NCBI GenBank assembly: GCA_001770205.1
Contig: MEQL01000057.1
Location: 1-64,000, forward strand
DNA: 64,000 bases
DNA from: Bdellovibrionales bacterium RIFOXYD12_FULL_39_22
GTDB taxonomy: Bacteria; Bdellovibrionota; Bacteriovoracia; Bacteriovoracales; Bacteriovoracaceae
Direction: 5' to 3'
The position numbers were made by a program, and so were the translations under genes. Below the pieces are notes generated by a model that was given only the letters and a program-made list of their open reading frames with translations, ran no database searches and had not been told where the DNA came from. How positions within the stretch are numbered: the stretch's first letter is position 1; each line of letters begins with the position of its first letter. This document shows positions 10,009 through 19,797 of the stretch, piece after piece.

Positions 10009-11010
10009 ATGAATAACTCAATTAATCTAACTCACGGCTCTGGCGGAACTCAGATGCACCAATTCATAAAAGAGCGCATCATGGCAAAACTAGGAAATAA
10101 TATTTTAGAAAAAATGGATGATGCCGCAGTAATGGAAAATCAAAAATCCTCCCAAATTGCAATGACCACCGATAGCTTTGTTGTAAATCCACTTTTCTTT
10201 CCTGGAGGAGATATTGGACGACTGGCCATTTGCGGAACGGTTAATGATCTGGCCACTAGTGGAGCAGTGGCCCACGCCTTATCCTTGGCCTTTATTCTAG
10301 AAGATGGTATTTTATTTTCTGATTTAGATAAAATTATCGACTCCATTGCCACCACCGCTAAAGAGGCGCGCATTAAAATTGTTACCGGCGATACAAAAGT
10401 TGTCGAACGAGGAAAATGCGATAAAATTTTTATCAACACTACAGGCCTGGGATTTATCAACGAAGGAATCTCTATTTCCTCCCATAAAGCGCAACCCCAA
10501 GATTGCGTCTATATTACTGGCACTATGGGAAATCACGAAGTGGCACTGATGAAAGCTCGTGAGCTTTTTGATTTTAGTATTACTACCCAAAGCGATGTGG
10601 CCCCATTGAATGTGGCCGTAAACAAACTACTTTCATTAACCAAAAACATTCATACGATCAAAGATCCTACGCGCGGAGGAGTGGCCTCGGCACTAAGAGA
10701 AATTTGTGAACACTCTCAATGTACAATTAAAATTTTTGAAGAGCATCTTCCCGTTGATAAAGATGTACATGCGGTATGTGATCTGTTGGGATTAGATCCG
10801 CTCTACTTGGCCAATGAAGGGAAATTTATCATTATTGCGCCCGAATCATCTCATTCTCAAATTATGCAGGCCTTTCCTCAAAGCTCTATTATCGGAGAAG
10901 TAATCAAAACGCTGACAAATAACAAAGACGAGTTACTCTTAGAAACGATAAGTGGGGGTATGCGTAAAATTAGAATGCTAGATACTATGCAACTTCCAAG
11001 AATTTGCTAA
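10009..11010 (+). CDS. hypE: Hydrogenase maturation protein HypE
   Basis: HGSGG, TTDSFVV, GDTKVV, DPTRGG, C-terminal PRIC; ATG 10009 after GAGG. Confidence 0.97.
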   Translation: MNNSINLTHGSGGTQMHQFIKERIMAKLGNNILEKMDDAAVMENQKSSQIAMTTDSFVVNPLFFPGGDIGRLAICGTVNDLATSGAVAHALSLAFILEDGILFSDLDKIIDSIATTAKEARIKIVTGDTKVVERGKCDKIFINTTGLGFINEGISISSHKAQPQDCVYITGTMGNHEVALMKARELFDFSITTQSDVAPLNVAVNKLLSLTKNIHTIKDPTRGGVASALREICEHSQCTIKIFEEHLPVDKDVHAVCDLLGLDPLYLANEGKFIIIAPESSHSQIMQAFPQSSIIGEVIKTLTNNKDELLLETISGGMRKIRMLDTMQLPRIC

Positions 11011-11023
11011 CCAGCAACTCTCT

Positions 11024-12424
11024 TTAAAACTCTGCACTTTTAGGTGTTCGCGGGAAGGGAATGACATCTCGCACATTACTCATACCAGTAACATACATGA
11101 GCGCGCGCTCAAACCCAAGCCCGAAGCCCGCATGTGGCACCGAACCATATTTACGAAGTTCTAGATACCACCAATAATCCTCTTCTTTCATGGATAATTC
11201 ACGTAATCTTTCCTGTAATTTTTCCAGATTATCCTCACGCTGAGATCCTCCGACAATTTCGCCAACCCCTGGAACTAAAATATCCATGGCGCGGACTGTC
11301 TGGCCATCAGGATTTTGCTTCATATAAAAGGCCTTACATTTTTTTGGATAGTCAGTAACAATGGTGGGGGCCAAAAAGTGCTTCTCTGTAAGAAAGCGTT
11401 CATGCTCTGATTGCAGCTCACATCCCCAATCAGTGGGAAAGCTAAACTTCTGTCCAGATTTATTTAATATATCTATTGCTTCCGTATAAGTAATTTTTAT
11501 AAACTCTCGATCCCGTACTGATTTTAACATCTCAATATGATCAGGACGATCTTCACAATAATTTTTTACCAAAAACTCCAGCTCTCCTGCGTGATGCTCT
11601 AATACATGGCCAATTAAATGTTTGATGTAATCAGTGGCCAAACGGGCCACATCTTCTAGATCAGCGAACGCGACCTCCGGCTCAATCATCCAAAATTCTG
11701 AGAGGTGTCTAGCAGTATTTGAATTTTCTGAGCGAAAAGTTGGGCCAAAGGTGTAAACGGCCCCTAATCCCATCGCAAAACATTCTGCTTCTAACTGTCC
11801 TGTCACTGTAAGACTGGTCTCTTTACCAAAGTAATCTTTACTATAATCAATCTCCCCATTTTCTTTTTGTGGCAGGTTATTTAAATTTAACATGGTAACC
11901 TTAAACATTTCTCCCGCCCCTTCACCATCTTGAGCGGTGATAATGGGAGCATTTAAATAGAAAAAACCTCTCTTGTTAAAAAATTCATGCGTGGCCATGG
12001 CCATGCCATGACGAATGCGAAAAATTGCGCCAAAAGTATTTGTACGAACACGCAAATGCGCCTGCTCTCTTAAATATTCCAAGGATGTTGCTTTTTTTTG
12101 TAAGGGATAAGACATATCCACCGGGCCAATAATGGAAATATTATCTGCCTGCATCTCAACATTTTGTCCCCGTCCTTCCGAACGCACTAATTTCCCTACC
12201 GCCGAAATAGAGGTCCCCATTAACATAGAGGCAATCTCTTCATAATTATTAAGTCCCGCATCTACCACTATTTGTAAATTATCAAAAGTAGTTCCATCAT
12301 TTAAAACCACAAAGGAAATTTTTTTCGACTTGCGTACGCTACGCACCCATCCTTTAACGGTAACCGTTTTTCCTACTAAATCACCTCTAAAAAGCTCTCT
12401 TAATACTACTCGCTCATGCGACAT
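11024..12424 (-). CDS. asnS: Asparagine--tRNA ligase
   Basis: OB-fold GWVRSVR, FGPTFRSENSNTARHLSEFWMIEPE, GFGLGFER. Confidence 0.97.
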   Translation of the reverse strand: MSHERVVLRELFRGDLVGKTVTVKGWVRSVRKSKKISFVVLNDGTTFDNLQIVVDAGLNNYEEIASMLMGTSISAVGKLVRSEGRGQNVEMQADNISIIGPVDMSYPLQKKATSLEYLREQAHLRVRTNTFGAIFRIRHGMAMATHEFFNKRGFFYLNAPIITAQDGEGAGEMFKVTMLNLNNLPQKENGEIDYSKDYFGKETSLTVTGQLEAECFAMGLGAVYTFGPTFRSENSNTARHLSEFWMIEPEVAFADLEDVARLATDYIKHLIGHVLEHHAGELEFLVKNYCEDRPDHIEMLKSVRDREFIKITYTEAIDILNKSGQKFSFPTDWGCELQSEHERFLTEKHFLAPTIVTDYPKKCKAFYMKQNPDGQTVRAMDILVPGVGEIVGGSQREDNLEKLQERLRELSMKEEDYWWYLELRKYGSVPHAGFGLGFERALMYVTGMSNVRDVIPFPRTPKSAEF

Positions 12425-12440
12425 AGATCCTCCACTTGCT

Positions 12441-13442
12441 CTAAATTTTATTAAGTTTATTTTTTATATTTTTGATATCAAACATCTCCAAACGCGCCCC
12501 ACTTCGCTGGACAATAACGGAAGCGGCGTGACATGCAAATTGCGCAGCACTCTCAAAAGATCTACCATTGGTCAGTGCATATAAGAAGGCCCCTGCAAAC
12601 ATATCACCAGCACCATTAGTATCTCGGGCCACCACTTTGTCTGTGGATATATTGTGTGTCTTTATTCCATCAAACAAATATGCCCCTCGCTCCCCAAGCG
12701 TTATAGCAAATGCTTTACTAATTTTTTTTAAGGCCTCTCCGGCGGCCAGTACATTGCTAGCACCGCTAAACTGCAAGGCCTCTTGCTCATTGCAAAACAA
12801 AAGATCTACTCCCTCTTGAATAACCTCTTCAAATCCTGCTTTGAAATGTTTTACAATCATGGGATCAGAAAGAGTTAAGGCCACACCGACCCCGGCATTG
12901 GCGGCCAATTTATGCGCATGGCCGGCCGCCGCACGGCCAGTTTCCGAGGTAACCAAATATCCTTCAATATAGATCCATTTAGCATTGATTATCACTTCAT
13001 CTACTAATTCTTTTTTAGAAAAAGTTTCCGTGATTCCCAGATAAGTATTCATGGTGCGTTCGGCATCTTTGGTTATCATCACCATACACTTTCCAGTCTT
13101 ACCGGCCTCTCGGCCACTTTCGGACAAATTGGTTTCAACTCCCCAGCGTTGCAAATCACTCAAATAGAAATCGCCAAAATAATCGTTGGCCACTTTACAT
13201 GAGTAAAATGCTTTACCACCGAATTGAGAAATGGCAATAATTGAGTTAGCGGCCGAACCACCGCATCCTTTTTTTGCATGTATATTATCTAAATTAGCGC
13301 TTAATTCATCTTGGCGCTTCTCATCCACCAGTGTCATTATTCCTTTAGATATGCCCATTTTTTCTAAAAAAGCATCGGTTACTTCATATTCAATATCTAA
13401 TAACGCATTACCCAACCCATAGACGTCATATTTTGCTGTCAA
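12441..13442 (-). CDS. PfkB-family adenosine/sugar kinase
   Basis: GNALLD, GGSAANS, DTNGAGDMFAG; TTG start. Confidence 0.92.
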   Translation of the reverse strand: MTAKYDVYGLGNALLDIEYEVTDAFLEKMGISKGIMTLVDEKRQDELSANLDNIHAKKGCGGSAANSIIAISQFGGKAFYSCKVANDYFGDFYLSDLQRWGVETNLSESGREAGKTGKCMVMITKDAERTMNTYLGITETFSKKELVDEVIINAKWIYIEGYLVTSETGRAAAGHAHKLAANAGVGVALTLSDPMIVKHFKAGFEEVIQEGVDLLFCNEQEALQFSGASNVLAAGEALKKISKAFAITLGERGAYLFDGIKTHNISTDKVVARDTNGAGDMFAGAFLYALTNGRSFESAAQFACHAASVIVQRSGARLEMFDIKNIKNKLNKI

Positions 13443-13557
13443 AATAACCCCACATAAATCTCTAACTTAAACTGGTTCTTAACCTATTTACAGTTAGCAT
13501 AAATCGGTTAAACTGTAACTATATAATTATTTTTAACAACTCGACTGGAGATTAGTT

Positions 13558-14214
13558 ATGACACTACCTGCATTTTTAAAAGAGAAGCTTGAAGTAAAAG
13601 AATCCAACAAAGGAAACTTCAAGGATAAGTGCCTCCAGGTGCTAGAACAAATCAAACATTTTAATGAAGAAAAGTATAAGCAATTAAGCACCACTTTTCA
13701 CGCCTACTATGACAATGAAAATATTCAGAAAAAAAAGATTATTGGTTTTTATGGGCAACTTGTAAACGAATTAAAACAGCTACGCCATACGGCCACCTCC
13801 GTAATTTCCGAGTCAACGCAAAAAATACAAGAAACTGTTGATTCGGCCAAAGCAGAAGTAATAAATAAATCCAACGAAATTGCCCAAAAAGTAAAAGACA
13901 AAACGGAGAAGGCGATAAAAGAAGTCACTACTAATATTAACAAAAATATTAACGATGCAAAAAGCAAGGTAGCAGAAGTGCAAAAAAGTGCGCTTTCTGC
14001 TAAAAAAAGTGTTGAGAAGGTAGTTAAAGAAAAAGCATCCGAGGCCGTAAAAAAAGCTACTAAAAAGGCCAGCGCCGTGGTGGCCCGTGCCACTGAGAAA
14101 AAAACTGTAACAACAAAAAAAGCGGCTCCGGCCACCACCAAAAAGGCCGCTAAAAAAGTAGCAAAAAAAGCAGCTCCAGCTACTGCCAAAAAAAAGAGTA
14201 CTAAAAAGAAATAA
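13558..14214 (+). CDS. Coiled-coil protein with histone H1-like Lys/Ala-rich tail
   Basis: GGAG RBS; C-terminus TKKAAPATTKKAAKKVAKKAAPATAKKKSTKKK. Confidence 0.8.
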   Translation: MTLPAFLKEKLEVKESNKGNFKDKCLQVLEQIKHFNEEKYKQLSTTFHAYYDNENIQKKKIIGFYGQLVNELKQLRHTATSVISESTQKIQETVDSAKAEVINKSNEIAQKVKDKTEKAIKEVTTNINKNINDAKSKVAEVQKSALSAKKSVEKVVKEKASEAVKKATKKASAVVARATEKKTVTTKKAAPATTKKAAKKVAKKAAPATAKKKSTKKK

Positions 14215-15167
14215 TGAAAATATTTCTACTTTCCTCTGCTTTGGCAAAACAAGAAGTTTTACCAAAGGAGTTAGATCGTTTAGGCCCAGCTGCTGGGCCT
14301 TTTTTAATACTAGAGCACGAATCTGGAAACTCCCAAGTCATAGTAGATGTTGAGTATTTTCTTTGGGCCTCCAAAAAAGAGAAAAACCACTCTAGTGTCG
14401 CCTTAAGATTGGCCACCAACATTGGACAACCATTGGCGACACTTGATAAAAAAAATTTCGTTATTGGACATTTCCCACTACCTATTCATGATTTTCATGA
14501 TGGATATGAACTGGCCGGAGCATATTTTATAAAAAATTACCAGGCCCTTTTGCGCTTTTTGGCCGACAAACAAAGCATCCAACTAATTGGCCTTCCGATT
14601 AATCTTTTGCGCGACAATTCCGGAATAAAAACTCCGGCACTTTTTTTAGATCGAGATGGAATAATTAATGTCGATATCAATTATCTTCATCGCGCAGAAG
14701 ATGCCATAATCTATGAAGAAGTCATTCCTCTTATCCGATCTGCCAATCAACGAAAATGGCCAGTTATTGTAATCTCTAATCAGTCCGGAGTAGCGCGTGG
14801 TAAATTTTCCGCTAATGATGTTCATCAATTACATCTGCACTTAAATGCCGAATTATTACAAAAAGATGCCCAGATTGATCTGTGGCTTCACTGCCCTTTT
14901 CACTTTAAAGAAAGTATCCCGGATGGTGAGTATAAAAAACATTCTCTTTTACGTAAGCCGGCACCCGGAATGATTTTAGAGGCATCTAAATTTTTTGATC
15001 TCGATCTTACACAAAGCTTTATGGTGGGAGACAAGGCCTCAGATCAAATTCATCTCCCCGGCCTCTCCACTATTTTACTGCAACGCCAATATGATTTAAG
15101 TAACGCCCACTCACCTATCTACGAAAATTATCCACAAATCATTGAACACATTTGGAGCAAAAAATAG
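14214..15167 (+). CDS. gmhB: HAD-IIIA phosphatase (GmhB-like) with ~135-aa N-terminal extension
   Basis: FLDRDGIIN, SNQSGVARG, CPFH, RKPAPGM, MVGDKASD. Confidence 0.8.
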   Translation: MKIFLLSSALAKQEVLPKELDRLGPAAGPFLILEHESGNSQVIVDVEYFLWASKKEKNHSSVALRLATNIGQPLATLDKKNFVIGHFPLPIHDFHDGYELAGAYFIKNYQALLRFLADKQSIQLIGLPINLLRDNSGIKTPALFLDRDGIINVDINYLHRAEDAIIYEEVIPLIRSANQRKWPVIVISNQSGVARGKFSANDVHQLHLHLNAELLQKDAQIDLWLHCPFHFKESIPDGEYKKHSLLRKPAPGMILEASKFFDLDLTQSFMVGDKASDQIHLPGLSTILLQRQYDLSNAHSPIYENYPQIIEHIWSKK

Positions 15168-15175
15168 CGCAGAAG

Positions 15176-15406
15176 CTAGAGAACATCTAGTTTTTTAATG
15201 GCCAATACTCGCTCTTCTTCTTCGCTAAGTTTTTTTTCTTTTTTTTCACTATTTGGCAAATGAGAAGCTGTCGTAGAGGAATGTTCAGATAGATTAGTAC
15301 TACTACTTGTTGATAGAGATTTTACCGCCAACGCACCCACTGCCGCAATTTTTTGCGTAATTTTGCTAAGAGGGTGAAGTAAGGCCATAAATGGTTTTAT
15401 ATTCAA
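15176..15406 (-). CDS. Small hypothetical protein
   Basis: 76-aa ORF filling the gap, 4-nt overlap with the upstream gene's stop. Confidence 0.5.
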   Translation of the reverse strand: MNIKPFMALLHPLSKITQKIAAVGALAVKSLSTSSSTNLSEHSSTTASHLPNSEKKEKKLSEEEERVLAIKKLDVL

Positions 15407-16944
15407 TTTGTTACACCCAGCTGTTTGCGAAGCTGTTTTTTACTACCTTTAAACACAGAGACTAGTTGTCCCTTATTAGCAGCGGCAACGGCATTAGTCG
15501 TAGCAGATTGTTTCTCCTCCACCAGCGCATTTAGCACAACTTTTACCTGAGCTCCTAATATTTCACCGGTTTCTTCTTCTTGCATATTGGAAAGAATAAA
15601 TTGCCCATCCACCTGTCCAATAAGTTCTCGACAAATTGATAGTCCAATTCCCGCCAAGCGAACTGTGCCAATATTTCCTTGCTCTTTTATGATTTCAATC
15701 GGCAATCCCTTTCCAAAATTTTCAATTTCAATGATGGCCACTCCGCCCAATCTTTTTAAATTAACTTTAATTCTCTTATCATGTCCAAGTTTGGTAGAAT
15801 CATTGAGCGCATTGATGGCGTTAGATAGAAGTTGAAATAGAACTTGGCCCAAACTATCTTCCGACATTGTTACCTTAACATCTGCTTGAATGTTCAAATC
15901 TACTAAAATTCCGTGCGTGAAAAGTTTACTGGCCAATTGATCAATTACAGAAGAAAGCACCCCATCAACGCTACAACTGCTACCTACTACGGCCTCCACC
16001 TTTTCTTTTCCCACTTGTTCTAACATATCAATGGCCATTTTAATTCCTGGCGCTTCTTGTGCCGGCCCACTACTGGCCATTACCGGAGTAATCGGCGAGA
16101 CAAATTTGTTGGCAATAGGCGTATGATTATAAAGTTCATTGCAAAAATTACCAAAAAGATTCGCACATTGTGGTAAATCATGACTCTCTAATGCTCGAGT
16201 AATAATTCCTTCTACCTGTACATTATCCATCGTCTCTTCTTTTTTTATCTCTGATAACGCCTCTGCTTCAAACATATTATTTTTAATTTTTTGAGCTCTT
16301 TTCCCAATCAGCAACCCAAATATCATAGCGGATAATAACAAAGAAGCCGCGGCCATCCCCTGCTTTACCCACCCCAAATGACTCTCCCAATCACTTTTGA
16401 GCGTGGCCAACTTATCTAATACTTGGTCTTTTATTTCTTCTGTCTTAGAAAATTTACTGCTAATTTCACTCTTGGTGCTACTGCTAGTGTGATCTGTTCC
16501 GGTGGCAGAACGAACGGTAAAGCGTCCAGAAATAACGCGCTTGCCAGGAATGGTGGCCGAAGCTTTATTTTCAACAGTTCCCATTTTTCCATGAAACCAG
16601 CGAACATTGGAGGCCAGGCCATTTATTTTTCTCATCAACTCAACGGCCTTTTCATCTCCCAAAAAAGCATCCTCGCTTAAAGCAATAACATCGCCAAAAC
16701 ACTCTTCAGTTGCCACTAAAAAAGAAGAGGTGGTATAGGCGCGATTTCCTCCTAGCAATTGTGCCGTAAAGCTCTGATTAACTCGACCAAAACAAGTTTG
16801 AATTCCTTCACTGACAGAGGCAACCGCCGAAACCTTGCCTGTTAAGCTATGTAAATTTATAGTGGAGTAGGCCATCAGAGAAACCAGCGCGATGGTTAAA
16901 AGTGTAATCTTACGGCCGCTAATAATCCTAAACAATGTCCTCAT
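15403..16944 (-). CDS. Membrane protein with C-terminal HATPase_c (sensor kinase-like) domain
   Basis: Two TMs around a periplasmic region; N-box QVLFQLLSNAINA, G2 GIGLSIC; G1 and H-box atypical. Confidence 0.75.
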   Translation of the reverse strand: MRTLFRIISGRKITLLTIALVSLMAYSTINLHSLTGKVSAVASVSEGIQTCFGRVNQSFTAQLLGGNRAYTTSSFLVATEECFGDVIALSEDAFLGDEKAVELMRKINGLASNVRWFHGKMGTVENKASATIPGKRVISGRFTVRSATGTDHTSSSTKSEISSKFSKTEEIKDQVLDKLATLKSDWESHLGWVKQGMAAASLLLSAMIFGLLIGKRAQKIKNNMFEAEALSEIKKEETMDNVQVEGIITRALESHDLPQCANLFGNFCNELYNHTPIANKFVSPITPVMASSGPAQEAPGIKMAIDMLEQVGKEKVEAVVGSSCSVDGVLSSVIDQLASKLFTHGILVDLNIQADVKVTMSEDSLGQVLFQLLSNAINALNDSTKLGHDKRIKVNLKRLGGVAIIEIENFGKGLPIEIIKEQGNIGTVRLAGIGLSICRELIGQVDGQFILSNMQEEETGEILGAQVKVVLNALVEEKQSATTNAVAAANKGQLVSVFKGSKKQLRKQLGVTN

Positions 16945-17143
16945 GACAATACCTCGCTATCATAGGTAGGAGATCACAAGAAGAAATCCGTTCTTCTCAG
17001 ACTATTATTCTACGCTAAGGATAATATTCGTCAAGTCGGGGCAGGGAACGATCTTTACTTATTACTTGCTCATCGATATTTTGCAAAAAATTTGTTATTA
17101 TCTTATTGTTTTGCTTAAAAATTAACTCCTGGAGCAGCAACGC

Positions 17144-17998
17144 TTGAATCATTTAAGGAAAAATTTACTCCCCCCTCTAATTGTATCTATGCTTTTGCAT
17201 CTGCTTTTTCTTGATTTTTACTGGCAATTTGCAGATACCTGGTGGAAAAAGGATAATAAAACACTCGGCCATCACCCTCGGGCCATTGAGATAAAAAAGC
17301 TAAGCAAAGAAGAAATTGCTCAAATTAAAAGACTAAAAACTGTTGGTGTTAAAAATGGCAACGATAAGTTCTCTATGAAACTTCCACCACCTTCAACCAA
17401 TAACCTGCCGCCAATTCCCCTAAAAAATTTGGCCCTAAAGCAACTGAAAGAATTTAAGTCCGCGACTAAATCGACAAGCTCTCCGCCCCTCACCCCGGCA
17501 CAAACGGAAGAAAAATTTATTGAAGTCTCCAACTCAAAACAAGAGCAAAATTATAAGCAAAAAAATGATCTTAGCTTTGCCAATCAAAGCAGTGCGCAAC
17601 TTTTGCGCTACTCCGACATGAATGTAAAATTTGCGGCACCAACCGGCGTCTCGGAAAGCGAGCTTAACTCTCTAGAAAAAATATACTACGGTTTCCAAAA
17701 ACGAACCTACGAATCATATATCACTTCATTCTTTTCCACCTTCAACAATTCTCTCATCAGCAGGCCAGCTTTACGCACTACCATTTTTAATAAACCACAT
17801 AAGCTTACTGGCCGTATAATTTTTGATAAAGACGGCAACATCGTAACTATAAAAATAATTAAAGGATCAAATGATGATGATGTACAACAAGTCTTTGAAG
17901 ATACCTTAAAAGGGATCGGCTCACTTCCCAATCCTCCGCAACAACTAGTGAAAGATGGAACTATTGCCGTCTACTATGATCTGTACATTAATTTATAG
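17144..17998 (+). CDS. TonB/TolA-like energy transducer
   Basis: N-terminal TM with SxxxH (SMLLH), Pro-rich linker, C-terminal TonB_C-like domain (FDKDGNI...LPNPP). Confidence 0.75.
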   Translation: MNHLRKNLLPPLIVSMLLHLLFLDFYWQFADTWWKKDNKTLGHHPRAIEIKKLSKEEIAQIKRLKTVGVKNGNDKFSMKLPPPSTNNLPPIPLKNLALKQLKEFKSATKSTSSPPLTPAQTEEKFIEVSNSKQEQNYKQKNDLSFANQSSAQLLRYSDMNVKFAAPTGVSESELNSLEKIYYGFQKRTYESYITSFFSTFNNSLISRPALRTTIFNKPHKLTGRIIFDKDGNIVTIKIIKGSNDDDVQQVFEDTLKGIGSLPNPPQQLVKDGTIAVYYDLYINL

Positions 17999-18373
17999 AT
18001 ATAAAAAAGCAACTATGGCCGTCATGGCAGTCTGAATAAATTGCAATACACGCCCTTTGATGCCCTTTATTTTTTCAATAAAACGCCGTTGCACCAAGGC
18101 CTGCTTTTTCACTTCTATTTTTTTTGCCAGTATTGCTATTTCCCTTTTAAATTCATCTGCTGATTCTGCCGATATCGAGACAAATGGAATGTGATGATCA
18201 AGCTTCTCTAAAAATGTTTTCGCATCACGAAGTGTCCGTGTACAACTTCGACATCTGCCGATGTGGCCGGTCAAATAATCCAGATTCTCCTTCTGAGGAG
18301 AGTCTAACAAGGAAATAACTTTTCTAGCATGTAGACAGTGAGAACGAGAAACACTAGGTGAATGTTTAATCAT
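17993..18373 (-). CDS. Putative zinc-binding anti-sigma factor
   Basis: HIGRCRSC (HxxxCxxC), hydrophobic C-terminus, directly downstream of the ECF sigma-like gene. Confidence 0.65.
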   Translation of the reverse strand: MIKHSPSVSRSHCLHARKVISLLDSPQKENLDYLTGHIGRCRSCTRTLRDAKTFLEKLDHHIPFVSISAESADEFKREIAILAKKIEVKKQALVQRRFIEKIKGIKGRVLQFIQTAMTAIVAFLYL

Positions 18374-18384
18374 ATATAAAGCAG

Positions 18385-18891
18385 TTAACTCCTGACTGTT
18401 TCGCCACTAGAAATAGAACCTAGAGAAAAAGTAATCCCCAAGTTAGTGGCAAGATCCGACCGGGCCGAATTAAGTTTTTCTATTACCGAAACTCTGGCCA
18501 GGCCAGTAACCTCTTCAATCTCAGAAAAATTGAGATTCAATTTATGTTTTAAAAATAAAATGGCCTTCTCTTCAAAAGGCAAAGCATAAAAAGGAGCGTG
18601 TTCTCCTTCCACAATAATACTACTTCTAATCTGTGAAAACCGCTTACTAGCGATATTGTAAATAGATTTTAACAGAAAATTTTTAACTTGTTTTAGCAAC
18701 GGATTACTAGAAGAGAAATCATCTTTTTCAATGCAAGCACGAATCAACTCATTGTCATCTAAAAGTAACACTTGCACGGAATCTAATACCAATTGCTGCG
18801 CTTGAAGATCATCTGGTAGCAAGGAGAAGGCAAAGTTAAAAAGATCTTTATAATTGTGTTCTAAGTAGTGTTCTAATTCTAAAACTTTCAT
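18385..18891 (-). CDS. Divergent ECF sigma-70-like factor
   Basis: LFNFAFSLL.DDLQAQQLV region-2-like; LPFEEKAILFL...FSEIEEVTG...LNSAR region 4; start set to ATG 18891. Confidence 0.7.
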   Translation of the reverse strand: MKVLELEHYLEHNYKDLFNFAFSLLPDDLQAQQLVLDSVQVLLLDDNELIRACIEKDDFSSSNPLLKQVKNFLLKSIYNIASKRFSQIRSSIIVEGEHAPFYALPFEEKAILFLKHKLNLNFSEIEEVTGLARVSVIEKLNSARSDLATNLGITFSLGSISSGETVRS

Positions 18892-19112
18892 CGCGGTCGA
18901 TATTCTACCAACAAGAATTGATGAGATCAATGGCCCATTTTAGATCGGCACTATCAAACCCACTTACAACACATTGATTTGACTACAAACAAACAGGTTA
19001 ACACTAATAAATTCAGAGTATTAATACAATAAAAAAATAAAATTTAAGAAAGGAAGCAAGAGTTACGATACGGTTAGTGGGGCATATTTATCAGGGAATC
19101 AGGGACTATAAT

Positions 19113-19790
19113 ATGACAAGATATTCAGCAATAGTAACATTCACTCTTCTAGTAATCTTGGCCGGATGTGATAGCGTGCAAAACCCATCCAATCGCGACA
19201 ACATCTCTCCCGGCACGACGGCCACTCCAACTCCAGGGGCAAATGTGGTGCCGACTGCTACGCCCGATCCTAATGCCCAAACGGAGGCCTATCGCTTTTC
19301 GGGAATAATTGCTCACGGCAATAGTGGTGGAGCGGTGCAATGGTCATCGGCCACCGTTAGCAAACTGGCCAGCTCACAAAGTCTTTTTGTAACTGACACC
19401 AGACTTAAACTTCGAGTAAAGGCCCGCTCCTCTCCTGGTAAAGTGGCCGCCGACAGTTACGGCAACGCCTGTACACAATATGCATTACCTTATAAAAAAC
19501 TACAAGTGACCGTAGGAGTTAGACGTGGTTCTACCAGTACCTACTTAGATAGCTACATTTTTGATGACATCGCTGTAGGCACCAAATCAGAAGTTCAAAG
19601 TTTCACTGTCCCACCTAACTCACTAACTGAACCATTTGTAGTTGAAATACACAGCGTCAAATGGGATTACACTTGCGAAGTTTGGTATGATGGCAGCAAT
19701 CCTAATTTCTGCCCATGGGACTATGTCTGGCCACTGGATTGCTTTGAACTAGAGCTAGAAATGGCCACTGACTATACTGCTGACATGTAG
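19113..19790 (+). CDS. Secreted lipoprotein of unknown function
   Basis: Lipobox LAGC, PT-rich linker, beta-rich Cys-containing domain. Confidence 0.75.
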   Translation: MTRYSAIVTFTLLVILAGCDSVQNPSNRDNISPGTTATPTPGANVVPTATPDPNAQTEAYRFSGIIAHGNSGGAVQWSSATVSKLASSQSLFVTDTRLKLRVKARSSPGKVAADSYGNACTQYALPYKKLQVTVGVRRGSTSTYLDSYIFDDIAVGTKSEVQSFTVPPNSLTEPFVVEIHSVKWDYTCEVWYDGSNPNFCPWDYVWPLDCFELELEMATDYTADM

Positions 19791-19797
19791 TTGCCGA

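Noticed and set aside
13749..14265. Antisense ORFs of 146 and 150 aa
   Set aside because: Shadows of the low-complexity Lys/Ala gene on the + strand
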